NCBI GenBank assembly: GCA_016699935.1
Contig: CP064992.1
Coordinates: 780,001 to 812,000, forward strand
Length of the DNA stretch: 32,000 bases
Source: Candidatus Saccharimonadota bacterium
GTDB lineage: Bacteria; Patescibacteriota; Saccharimonadia; Saccharimonadales; UBA4665
Reading direction: 5' to 3'
Shown: piece by piece, positions 15,398 through 24,775 of the stretch
How the letters are laid out: each line of letters starts with the position of its first letter
Numbering within the stretch: the stretch's first letter is position 1
Position numbers and translations under genes: made by a program
The notes under the pieces: generated by a model
Seen by the model: only the letters and a program-made list of their open reading frames with translations
Database searches by the model: none
What the model was told of the DNA's origin: nothing

Positions 15398-17175
15398 ATG
15401 GAGACGAAACGTGGTTATGAATCTGATCCTATTATGCGCACACGTTTATGGTATGCGCTGATTGTCGTTGTCTTTGCGGTGTTTGCGATTCGGCTGTTTT
15501 ATACGCAGGTCATACGGTACGACCACTACAAATCACTCGCGCTCAGTGACCAGGTTCGGGAATACGATGTTTTACCAGAGCGGGGCGCAATATATGCTCA
15601 GCTTAACGGCAAGACTATCCCACTGGTACTTAACCAAAAACGGTATACCATTTTTGCTGATCCCAGTATTATCAAAAATGTGGCTGAGACTGCCCGGGCA
15701 ATCGCACCACTTCTAGCTGAGGATGTTTCTTCGGTGGAAGACAAACTCCGTACAAAAAGACAAAGTATGTTGTCTTGCAACGTCGTGTCAGTGCTGAGAC
15801 AAACAAAAAAATCCTAGACTTACAATATCCGGGCATTGCCTCGCAACAAATGAATTATCGGGTTTACCCGCAGGGTACGATGGCGGCGCAAGTACTTGGC
15901 TTTGTAAACAACGACGGGGAGGGAAAATATGGGCTTGAGGAGTCGCTCGATGCAACACTCGGCGGTAAAAAAGGCCGCCTGAAGGCGATTACTGACGTCA
16001 ATGGCGTGCCACTGGCGGCAAGCAGTGAAAACCTTCTGATCCAGCCCGTGGCAGGCAAGAACGTGACGCTGACGTTAGATATGGGCATGCAAGCGCAAGT
16101 CGAGAACATCGTTAAGTCTGCCCAAGAAAAATTTCGCTCGAAAAACGTGAGTGCAATTGTCATGGAAACAAACACTGGGGCTGTAAAGGCCATGGCGAAC
16201 TATCCTACGTTTGACCCTGCGAACTACCAAGCAGTTGAAGATGGCACGGTGTTTCAAAACTATAGTGTGGCAAGTCCAATTGAGCCTGGATCGATTACAA
16301 AAGTCTTGACCATAGCCGCTGGTATTGACAGCGGTGTTATCACGAAGGATACATCGTATTATGACCCAGGCAAGTGGACGATAGACGGTGCAAAAGTGCT
16401 GAATGTGGCCGAGGGTACCGGATCAGGCACACAGACAATCAAAAGCCTGCTGAATCTGTCGCTAAACACGGGCGCAACGTGGACGCTCATGCAAATGGGA
16501 GGCGGTAAGTTGAATGACTCTGGTCGCATAAAGCTACATGATTATTTTGTGAATCACTACCGACTAAGTAAGACAACGGGCATAGAGCAAGGCTACGAGG
16601 GCTCGGGGTTTGTAACGGAACCAGAAGATAAAGATAACGGCATAAACATAACCTATGCCAATACGTCATTCGGTCAGGCGTATTCGGCGTCTGCTTTGCA
16701 AATGGCAGGTGCAATGAGTGCGATTGTAAACGGGGGTTCGTATTACCAGCCGCGATTGGTAGCAGAAACGAGCGATGCCACGGGGGACATAATGACGAAA
16801 AAACCCGTTGTCCTCCAGCGCGGTGTTGTATCTGAAAAGACAAGCCGCAGCATGGTAGAATTACTCGATTACGTTACAGAAGAGCACGTGGCCGGATTCC
16901 CCTACATGCGCTTTGACAGTCGCTACAGCGTCGGGGGCAAGACTGGTACCGCGCAGATAACCGATGAAAAAACAGGCTTATACCGCGAGGATGTCTTTAA
17001 TGGTACATTTCTGGGCTATGTTGGTGGCGACACGCCGCAGTATACGATTGTTGTGTATAACATAGAGCCGCGGGGCTACGGTGGTTTTGCTGGTGCGCAA
17101 ACCGGCCAACCGGTTTTTGCCGAAATTGCACACATGCTTATCAATAACTACGATGTTAAACCTAAGAAATCCTAA
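15398..17175 (+). CDS. ftsI: penicillin-binding protein 2 / FtsI transpeptidase, one frameshift as sequenced
   Basis: ORFs 15398..15817 and 15775..17175 join if the A5 run at 15754-15758 is read as A6 (..LRTKKTKYVVLQRRVSAETNKKILDL..). It has an N-terminal TM and the SxxK (SITK), SxN (SLN) and KTG (GKTGTA) motifs. Confidence 0.9.
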
Positions 17176-17235
17176 GGTGACCGAAAGAATATAATGCGCT
17201 ATACTGTACAAAAAGCCAAAGGAAACGAATAAACT

Positions 17236-18284
17236 ATGGATATACAAGTGCTCTCGACAACATTGCAAGGTTCGAGCTTGCTAAAAATCGTACTGCTGGG
17301 CATGGGCGGATTCCTGCTGTCTATGGCGCTGACGCCACTCTATACCACTGTCGCGTATCGCTGGAAGCTGTGGAAAAAGCCACGGACCGAGACGGTGACA
17401 GGGGCTAAGGCAACGGTGTTTATGAAGCTGCACGGCGAGAAGCATAAACGACATATACCAACGATGGCAGGTATCATATTTATTATTACGGTATCTGTTT
17501 TGACGCTAAGTGCGAATTGGTCCCGGGCGGAAACGTGGCTGCCACTGGCGGCATTTGTCGGGGCGGCGTTGATTGGATTTATCGATGACATCATTAACTT
17601 GCGAGGTGACGGCACGGGTAAGGCGGGGCTGCCTTCAAGACTGAAAATGCTCCTGATTACCATCGTTGCAGCAGTAGGGGATGGTATTTCTACTACAAAC
17701 TTGGCTTTAATAGCATCCAGGTTCCGGGGCTTGAGCACTCAATCACCATCGGGTGGTGGATTATTCCGCTCTTTACACTCGTTGTGGTGGCGACAGCGAA
17801 TGCCGTGAATATCAGTGACGGGCTGGATGGCCTCGCTGGCGGTCTGACGACGATTGCATTTTGCAACGTATGCGGTTATTGCTGTGCTGGAACAGAAGTA
17901 CGGTATCGCAGGGTTTTGCGCGGCCATGGTGGGGGCGCTGATGAGCTATACGTGGTTCAATGTGTTTCCAGCCCGGTTCTTTATGGGGACGTCGGGTCTT
18001 TTGCCCTTCGGAACGGCTCTTGGTGTCGTAGCTATGTATACGGACACTGTTCTGTTACTACCGATTATCGGATTTGTCTTTGTTGCTGAAGCTGGTTCGG
18101 TTATATTGCAGATTACTTCTAAAAAACTACGAAATGGTAAAAGATATTTCGCATTGCGCCCATACACCACCATTTTGAAGCAATTGGCTGGCCTGAAGCA
18201 AAGGTTACGATGCGCTTTTGGGTTATCGGTCAAGTGTCGGCACTGATTGGCCTGGCGCTTTTTGTCATGGGTCGTTACGGCTAG
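17236..18284 (+). CDS. mraY: phospho-N-acetylmuramoyl-pentapeptide transferase MraY, three frameshifts as sequenced
   Basis: Pieces 17236.., 17784.. and 17854.., plus a tail to TAG 18282-18284. Motifs are [15 protein letters not shown] and, after repair, [20 protein letters not shown]. Breaks fall at G4 17677-17680, T4 17859-17862 and A4 18139-18142. Confidence 0.9.
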
Positions 18285-18378
18285 CCAGCTAGAGGCTATA
18301 GGTCAAAAACAAACATGGAAACAATACAACAACATCACTACCACACACAACTCACTGCGCGCCAGTCTGGGGGTTGCT

Positions 18379-19634
18379 ATGGTTGAACGGTCGGCATCTT
18401 TGAGGAACAGGCCACAAACGGCAGATGCACTGCGGAAGCATCGGCCAGATTATTGGTTACTCGTTATCGTTGCGTGCCTGCTTGCCCTTGGGCTTGTCGT
18501 GGTGTATTCAATTAGCCCAGCTCTGTCTGAGCTGCGTGGAGGTAACTTTGTTGCTCACCAAGTCGTCGCGATTGCGCTTAGTATTGTCGCTTTCATTATT
18601 ACTTCACGTATCCCACTCTCTCAGTGGCAGCGGTGGCAGTGGTGGCTTCTTGGGGTTGCGGCCGTGGGTACGCTTATAGCACTGATAACCCCACCGATTC
18701 CAGCCTATCCTCAACACCGCTGGATACGACTGGGCAGTTTTTCATTGCAGTCCGTAGAAGTGCTGAAGTTTGCACTTCTCGTTGCCATTAGTGGCTTTTT
18801 GGCAAACCACGTACGCCAGAACACGATCGGTAATTACAAAAGGCATTGAAGCCGCTTGCAATTGCTATGGGTATTACAGGATTCGTGGTGGCGTTCGTGC
18901 AGAGCGATCTTGGGTCGGCCGGGGTTATAGTGGTTATGGCGACTATTATGGCATTTGTGGCAGGTATGCCCATGCGCAGAATACTGCTGATTGGTGTTGT
19001 GGTAGCGTTGGGCACGATCCTGGCGGTTGCCTCGACACCGTACCGACGAGACCGATTACAAACATACCTGCACCCCGAGGCAAACTGCTCAACAGATGCC
19101 GGTCACCAGGCATGTCAGGCGCTTATCGCTGTTGGCTCCGGTGGTCTGTTCGGACTAGGTCTTGGTAAGAGCGTTCAAGCGTACGGTTATTTGCCAGAAG
19201 CACAGAATGACTCAATCTTTGCCATCTATGCTGAAAAGTTTGGGTTTGTGGGGTCTGTGGTGCTTCTGATGCTCTTTATGACACTTTTTGCACGCCTCAG
19301 GCTCATAATAGAACGAGCACCCGATATGTTTAGTAGACTCGTCGTTGTCGGGGTGCTTGCCTGGCTGAGTACGCAGGCAATCATCAACATTGGTGCTATG
19401 ATAGGATTGTTGCCATTAAAGGGCATCACGTTACCACTCATAAGTTATGGTGGTACAAGTGTTTTGTTTGTCGGTGCAGCACTCGGCCTGGTATTTCAGG
19501 TTTCACACTACACCAGCTTTACGACGCGCCGTGTTACGACCGGAAGGCAACGAGATAGGAAAGCATATGAACATAGTATTGACAGGCGGCGGTTCGGGGG
19601 GGCATATCACCCCGGTGCTCGCAGTCGCCCATGA
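18379..19634 (+). CDS. ftsW: FtsW/RodA/SpoVE-family peptidoglycan polymerase, one frameshift as sequenced; 3' end uncertain
   Basis: ORFs 18247..18849 and 18846..19634 join if the A4 run at 18838-18841 is read as A5 (..NYKKALKPLAIAMG..). The product is multi-TM, with LPEAQNDSIFA and ISYGGTSVLF motifs. The likely start is ATG 18379. The last ~25 codons overlap murG and look non-native. Confidence 0.85.
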
Positions 19635-20724
19635 GTTGAAACGGCAATCCCCCGAAAGCCTTGTTACCTATATCGGTCAGCGAGGCGATGATTTACTTGA
19701 TGTAGTTGAGCGGCACGAGGCCATCGATGAGGTGAGGACTGTTTCCGCTGGCAAATTACGTCGTTACAGTGGTGAGGGTTGGCGCCAACTGCTTGATGTG
19801 AAAACTCAGGTGTTAAACTTTCGTGACGTTTTCGTACTTTGCACGGCATTGTGCAGTGCTATCGTATGATGAAGCGTGTGCAACCGGATGTCGTCTTTAG
19901 CCGAGGCGGGTTCGTCAGCGTGCCGGTTGCTTTGGCTGCAAAGTTGAGGAATGTTCCATACATCACACATGATGCTGATAGTGTGCCGAGCCTGGCAAAC
20001 CGATTGATTGCTCGCTGGGCGGCCTGGCACGCTGTTGCACTGCCAGCCAAACTCTACCCATACCCAAAAGATACAATCGTTGAGGTTGGCATGCCAGTTG
20101 GCCATAATCACCGTGTTGTGACGCCCGATTTGCAACAACAGTACCGGGAAGAATTAGGTATTGATGGGTACGACCATGTTCTTGTTGTGACAGGTGGTGG
20201 CAACGGTGCGCGGGCGCTCAATACCATGATGGTCGCAAATACCCGCTATCTACTTGCAACACTTCCCAATCTCATAGTTCTTCACTTTTCAGGTCGGGCA
20301 CTTGAACGCGAAACTAACGAAGCGTATGATGCGTTGAATCTCGGCAAGGCGAGAAACCGCGTCCAGGTTTATGGTTTTCAACCAGACTTCTACCGCTATA
20401 GTGGTGCGGCCGATGTGATTGTTGCGCGTGGTGGCATGAGCAGTATTGCCGAATTTGCGCTGCAGCAAAAGCGTGCCTGCTGGTGCCTTCAAAACAACTC
20501 GGCTGGAACGTCAAAAACAGTCATGCACTCACTGAACAGGGGGTGCAGTTATGGAGCTCACCGAAGATCAGGCTGAACAACCAGAACGGCTTGGGCGTGC
20601 CCTTGCTGCGCTGCTGGGTAATCAAAGCGAGCGCAAGCAGCTCAGTCAGCGCATTGCGAAACTTGCGCACCCACAGGCAGCCTCAGAGATTGCGGGACTT
20701 ATCCTTCGGACAGGGCGGGGATAG
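19567..20724 (+). CDS. murG: undecaprenyldiphospho-muramoylpentapeptide beta-N-acetylglucosaminyltransferase MurG, three frameshifts as sequenced
   Basis: It starts MNIVLTGGGSGGHITPVLAVA. Pieces from ORFs 19447.., 19839.. and 20483.., plus a tail to TAG 20722-20724, join at T4 19829-19832, A4 20467-20470 and G5 20539-20543. Confidence 0.85.
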
Positions 20725-20879
20725 TAACTCACATGCAGTGGAAACATAGACAAAAAGACAACACCCCTGGTTTCACGGAGAGATCGTCCTGCGAGGAAGC
20801 AAAATCGGCCTCTTTACTCGTATTACAGCGTTCTTCAAGCGCCTGAAGCGCAAGGAGAGCAGGAAGAGCCGGGAGAAGC

Positions 20880-21634
20880 ATGGATGCTGCACCCGCGCGC
20901 AAATCGCCACTATATAGCACGCTGCTCATTGCTTGCTTGGTAGTTGGGCTCGTTTGTGCAGTCAAAATCTTGATGCTTTCTGCGAATAGTAAGATTGTTG
21001 TGGCGGAAAACCAGCAGTCGCTTCAGCTGCCGACCAGCTCGTACGCCAAGGTTATTGATGCCTCTCTCCGAAGCAGCCTACTGAACGCCAATAAAATTAC
21101 CCTTAATACGAAAGGGGTCGCCAGGGATCTGCAAACGAAGTATCCTGAACTCTCAAGCGTCGTTGTAACGGTGCCGCTAGTGGGGAATCGACCAGTTGTG
21201 TATGTTAAGCCCTCGCGGGCTTCATTTATGATTGAGTCGCCGAACGGACTCTACACCATGGCTGACTCTGGCTACATTTTGGCGAAACTTCCTGTACCTC
21301 AAGATGGTCTCACGACGCTCAGCGAGTCCAGTCAGCGTCAACCGACCATCGGAAACAGTTTATGTCTGCTTCTACCGTCTCTTTTGCAAGAACAATCACG
21401 TACCAGCTGGGTCAGGGCGGGATGTCTGTTGCTAGAGTTGAGTTGCCTGCAGATGCACCGTATGAAATGCGTGTACGCCTTACCGCGAAACCGTATTATC
21501 TTCGATTCAATCTCCAGGCAGATGCCCTGCAGCAGAGCGGGGGAGCCATCGCTGTACTACGCAAAACCCAAAATACGCAGCCAATTCGTGAGTACGTGGA
21601 TCTGCGCGTACTTGGGCGGGTGTATTACAAATAA
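20880..21634 (+). CDS. ftsQ: FtsQ/DivIB-like cell division protein, one frameshift as sequenced; N-terminus may extend upstream
   Basis: ORFs 20880..21650 and 21362..21634 join if the A3 run at 21353-21355 is read as A4 (..PTIGKQFMSASTVSF..). It has TM LLIACLVVGLVCAV and lies after murG. Other frames upstream (from about 20733) read like a disordered N-terminal tail. Confidence 0.6.
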
Positions 21635-21750
21635 ACTCGAAGCGGGGTAGAAGGTCTTCCCCTAGCGCTACCCCACCCATGTTCATAAAATGTTCGTATA
21701 CGAGTATTAGCGTAATCACAAATAAATATATAAATATAGCAAAGTAGGAA

Positions 21751-21945
21751 ATGTCAAATAAAAAAGGGGCAGTGGGGTTAAACAGGGAAAGAGTTATAAA
21801 AAGTCAAATGCGTGAAAAAGCAAATCTTTTCACAACGAGGCTGTGGAAAAGTCAAAAACTATATAACGATAGCGTTTCTGCAAAAAAGCAAACACTAGGT
21901 ATTAATGAAGGTTCGTTCGACGCTAGGCTTAACCAGGTGAAGTAA
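21751..21945 (+). CDS. hypothetical small basic protein (64 aa) in an AT-rich spacer; doubtful
   Basis: This is the only ORF in the AT-rich 21690-22290 stretch. AGGAA lies directly adjacent to the ATG, which is poor spacing. No homology recognised. Confidence 0.2.
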   Translation: MSNKKGAVGLNRERVIKSQMREKANLFTTRLWKSQKLYNDSVSAKKQTLGINEGSFDARLNQVK

Positions 21946-22291
21946 ACAGATACGATTCAATCTCCCAAATGAAACCGCGAGGTGGCGTATTAGCAGTTTA
22001 GAGACCTGGTTGCTAGAAGTCCCCTGTTAGTAGGGGTATTCGTATTCAAGTTACTGTCACATAATCACGTCGCAAAATATACATTGTGCGACATATAATC
22101 ACTGTTCGTTTTCCATTCACCTACACTCTCTCACCCATGAAATTTTGCGTCGAGCCACCGCGAATGAAAATTTTTTCATGCACTCTCCTTTTATGCCCGC
22201 AAATATACAACAAACCCGAGTACTTACTACTTACCACCCCACGCGCAGCCTATAGTATTTGTTCGTAATTTGTACGTAGGTTTATCTTGAG

Positions 22292-22888
22292 CTACAAAGC
22301 TGGCTCGAAAGCAAGTTTTGCTGCTTCTACGCCCAGATCGTACATGAATTCTTTGGAGGCAGGTGATGTCATACGCGGTACATCTAACTGTGCAACAGCA
22401 GCTGGCGGTATTCCAGCGTACCACTTCACGTTTCCATCGCAGAGAAGTACATTCTCAAATCCGGCCAGGTTTAACATCGTTCGAGCGAGCCTAGAGGTGT
22501 AGTGGCTGCTCGTATAGTGATCTAGGATTGCAACGCGCTTCAATCCGTCAAGCATCGTGCGTAAACGAGGAATTTCCTCATCTACTCGTTTTTGGGTTAC
22601 CTCTGGAGGCACCCCGAAGCCACTTACGCTTGTGTCCGAACGAATAAAGCCTATACGTGGAATCTCAATGGATAGAGTTTCATAAAATCCTCGAATACTA
22701 TCACTCAGAGGTATGGCAGAATTGGCAGGTAGCACAATTGCTTCAGGCTTGAAGCCTAGGACTGTAGCCATGCAAGCTGGAAATGTCACTAGCGACAATG
22801 GGACATCATCTGACGTTGTCTTGAAAAGCATTGCATTGCGAATAGCCGAATAATTACGAGGCTCTAGCCATCGAGGGTCCCCACTCAT
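22292..22888 (-). CDS. hypothetical protein (198 aa)
   Basis: Intact ORF downstream of, and co-oriented with, the HARE-HTH gene. KRVAILDHYTSSHYTSRLARTML is faintly reminiscent of a PRTase-type nucleotide loop. That is not enough for a call. Confidence 0.55.
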   Translation of the reverse strand: MSGDPRWLEPRNYSAIRNAMLFKTTSDDVPLSLVTFPACMATVLGFKPEAIVLPANSAIPLSDSIRGFYETLSIEIPRIGFIRSDTSVSGFGVPPEVTQKRVDEEIPRLRTMLDGLKRVAILDHYTSSHYTSRLARTMLNLAGFENVLLCDGNVKWYAGIPPAAVAQLDVPRMTSPASKEFMYDLGVEAAKLAFEPAL

Positions 22889-22973
22889 CGGTTTCTGTGT
22901 CGATTTTTCTAGGTTGCTGCAGTTGGGGCGATTGATGATATCGCATCTTGTGTCTTAGGCCCGGGTCTCTACA

Positions 22974-23998
22974 TTACTCGCTGAGTTCGTAGGTGGCTTT
23001 GGCGACGCGTTTGAACTGTGGTTTTGACTGGAGGTTTAGGAGAATGGTGGTTTCTTTGACAAAACGGCTTTTAGGACGCGCTGGACGATTTCGTCACGGT
23101 GAAGGGGCTCTTTGGCTTCCCTCAGGACTTCGCTGATGATATCGGCAACGGTGCCCTTTTTATACCCCACTCTTTCAGTGCGTATAAGCCGCGGCCGATA
23201 AGCACGAAGCGCTTGTCTTTAATGAGTTCGTTGTGTATGGCCTGGGTGGTCACGTCTTTACGCTTGAATTCACTGGCCTTGATAGCCTGGGCGATTTCAT
23301 TGAAGTGCATGTGCTTTTTGTTTTCACTGAGGATAACGTAAATTTTGTCGCGAATGTTCTTTGGATTGACGGTGGGCCACTTGACGAGCCCCAGCGACCA
23401 TTGAGGGTCGCAAGCTGCTTGCTGATGCTTGCCAGTGCGGCCACGAAAGTATCTGTCTCAAACCCTGTCAGTTTCGCTAGATCTTTCTTGTCAACAGGCT
23501 TGCCAGCCTTTTTGATTGCATCTACTACCGTGCCAACTTCTTTCTTAAGATTTGCAGTGTCGTGCACTTTGCTGTTCCCTGCCGCCTGGAAGTAGGTGTC
23601 ATCTTCTGAAATAACGGTAATATTTGGGCAAAGTTCTGTTAGGAACGCTAGTCGAGACTGGTCTGTGCGGGTGTTTTCTGCGGTCAGCTTGCCTGCTAGT
23701 GCCGTTATGCGAGCCGTCTCCCCTGCTTCACTTAACGCAGCTAACAGAGCGGGCTGAACCTCGCTGATATGAGGTAGCTCTATGCCCGTCTGGCGTAGTT
23801 TTGTCATCACTGACTTTTCGAGCTGACGCACGCGTTCACGGGTAATGCCCAGTAGTTCGCCGATTTGCTCAAGCGTTTCCTTGCGGTCAAACAAGCCGAA
23901 GCGACGTGCGATTATCTCGCGTTCTCGTTCACGCTCTACACTGTCTAGAACACTTTGAACAATTGCTTCCGTGTTGAGAATGGCGGTTTTTCTGACAT
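22974..23998 (-). CDS. sigma-70 region-4 HTH plus tandem HARE-HTH domain protein, >=4 frameshifts as sequenced
   Basis: Region 4: IIARRFGLFDRKETLEQIGELLGITRERVRQLEKSVMTKLR. HARE-HTH 1: HFNEIAQAI...IHNELIKDKRFVLIGRGLYALKEWG. HARE-HTH 2, after repair: GTVADIISEVLREAKEPLHRDEIVQRVL...KRVAKATYELSE, ending at TAA (22974-22976). The start is ATG 23998, and the first break is at the T5 run 23987-23991 (A5 on the coding strand). Confidence 0.7.
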
Positions 23999-24149
23999 GA
24001 TTACCTCTACTATAAAACTTTTGATATATAAAGTCAACGACTTTTTGCTAATCCACCACTTTTTTGTTGCCCATCTTATAATGTGCGATTGCTGTGTTAT
24101 TGTAGCACATAAGTTGACGTTCATACATACAGTGTGTTGTAAAAGTTAA

Positions 24150-24775
24150 TAAGCTCATGTTTTGACTGTGGACAAAGTCGTGTTCTCGCGCATCAGAATT
24201 CATTTCGGCAACCATACGTCACCGTTCACTACTATAGTGTCATTCTGAACGAAGTGAACAATCTTCACTGCGCTTGTCATTCCCGCGCACGCGGAATCCA
24301 TGCGCTCGCTCCAACGTCTGCGTACTCACTACACCTGAAAATCTCACCCAACCTTATTCCCTCGGCAGTTCTTGGACTGCCAGCCGACTTCTTTTTGTGC
24401 CGGACAAAAAGAAGCAAAAAACCTCGGCCAAAAGCTTCACCTCTTGGTCAGCTTTTGTCAGTTCTACAACCGACACGAGAACTCGTCAAAAAGGTATTGC
24501 CAGAAGCAATACTAGCCTTCCGAACGCGATGTGTTTGAATAACACATCGCTACTTGGTCAAGCCACAAGGGCTTGACTGGCATCAAACAAGTCACGCCGC
24601 CTGCCAGAAGTTGTAGAGCCTGACAACATCTGAGCCAGGAGGTTACGCGTGGCCACCATAGTTACATCGCTAGCGCGACATTTTCTTTGCGGCCTGCGGC
24701 CGCATCTGAAATCTAAGCTCTACCATCTAAGCTCTATTTGTCTCTCGACTCTTGACTCAATGCTCTTATTCCCGC
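24150..24775 (-). repeat. array of >=8 consecutive stable hairpins downstream of topA (non-coding)
   Basis: Examples are 24388-24414 (11 bp), 24526-24550 (10 bp), 24557-24577 (8 bp), 24689-24703 (6 bp) and 24279-24297. There are also GTATTGC/GCAATAC, GGCAGT/ACTGCC and AGTGAA/TTCACT hairpins. The overlapping + ORFs 24254..24538 and 24274..24576 look spurious. Confidence 0.6.

Noticed and set aside
15754-15758. Programmed ribosomal frameshifting or transcriptional slippage rescuing the split genes.
   Set aside because: The breaks occur at short, unremarkable runs (3-5 nt) in many unrelated genes and in both directions (+1 and -1). They have no shared slippery heptamer or downstream structure. 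The pattern is typical of homopolymer length errors.
19567-19634. A genuine 68 nt overlap between ftsW and murG.
   Set aside because: The ftsW tail in this stretch (GRQRDRKAYEHSIDRRRFGGAYHPGARSRP) looks like out-of-frame murG sequence. The true ftsW stop is probably just upstream of the murG start, but I cannot place it without orthologue alignment.
24254-24576. Two overlapping + strand ORFs (94 and 100 aa) in the region downstream of topA.
   Set aside because: They overlap each other in different frames and run through the hairpin array. Their translations (MSFPRTRNPCARS.. type) are characteristic of repeat-derived junk ORFs.
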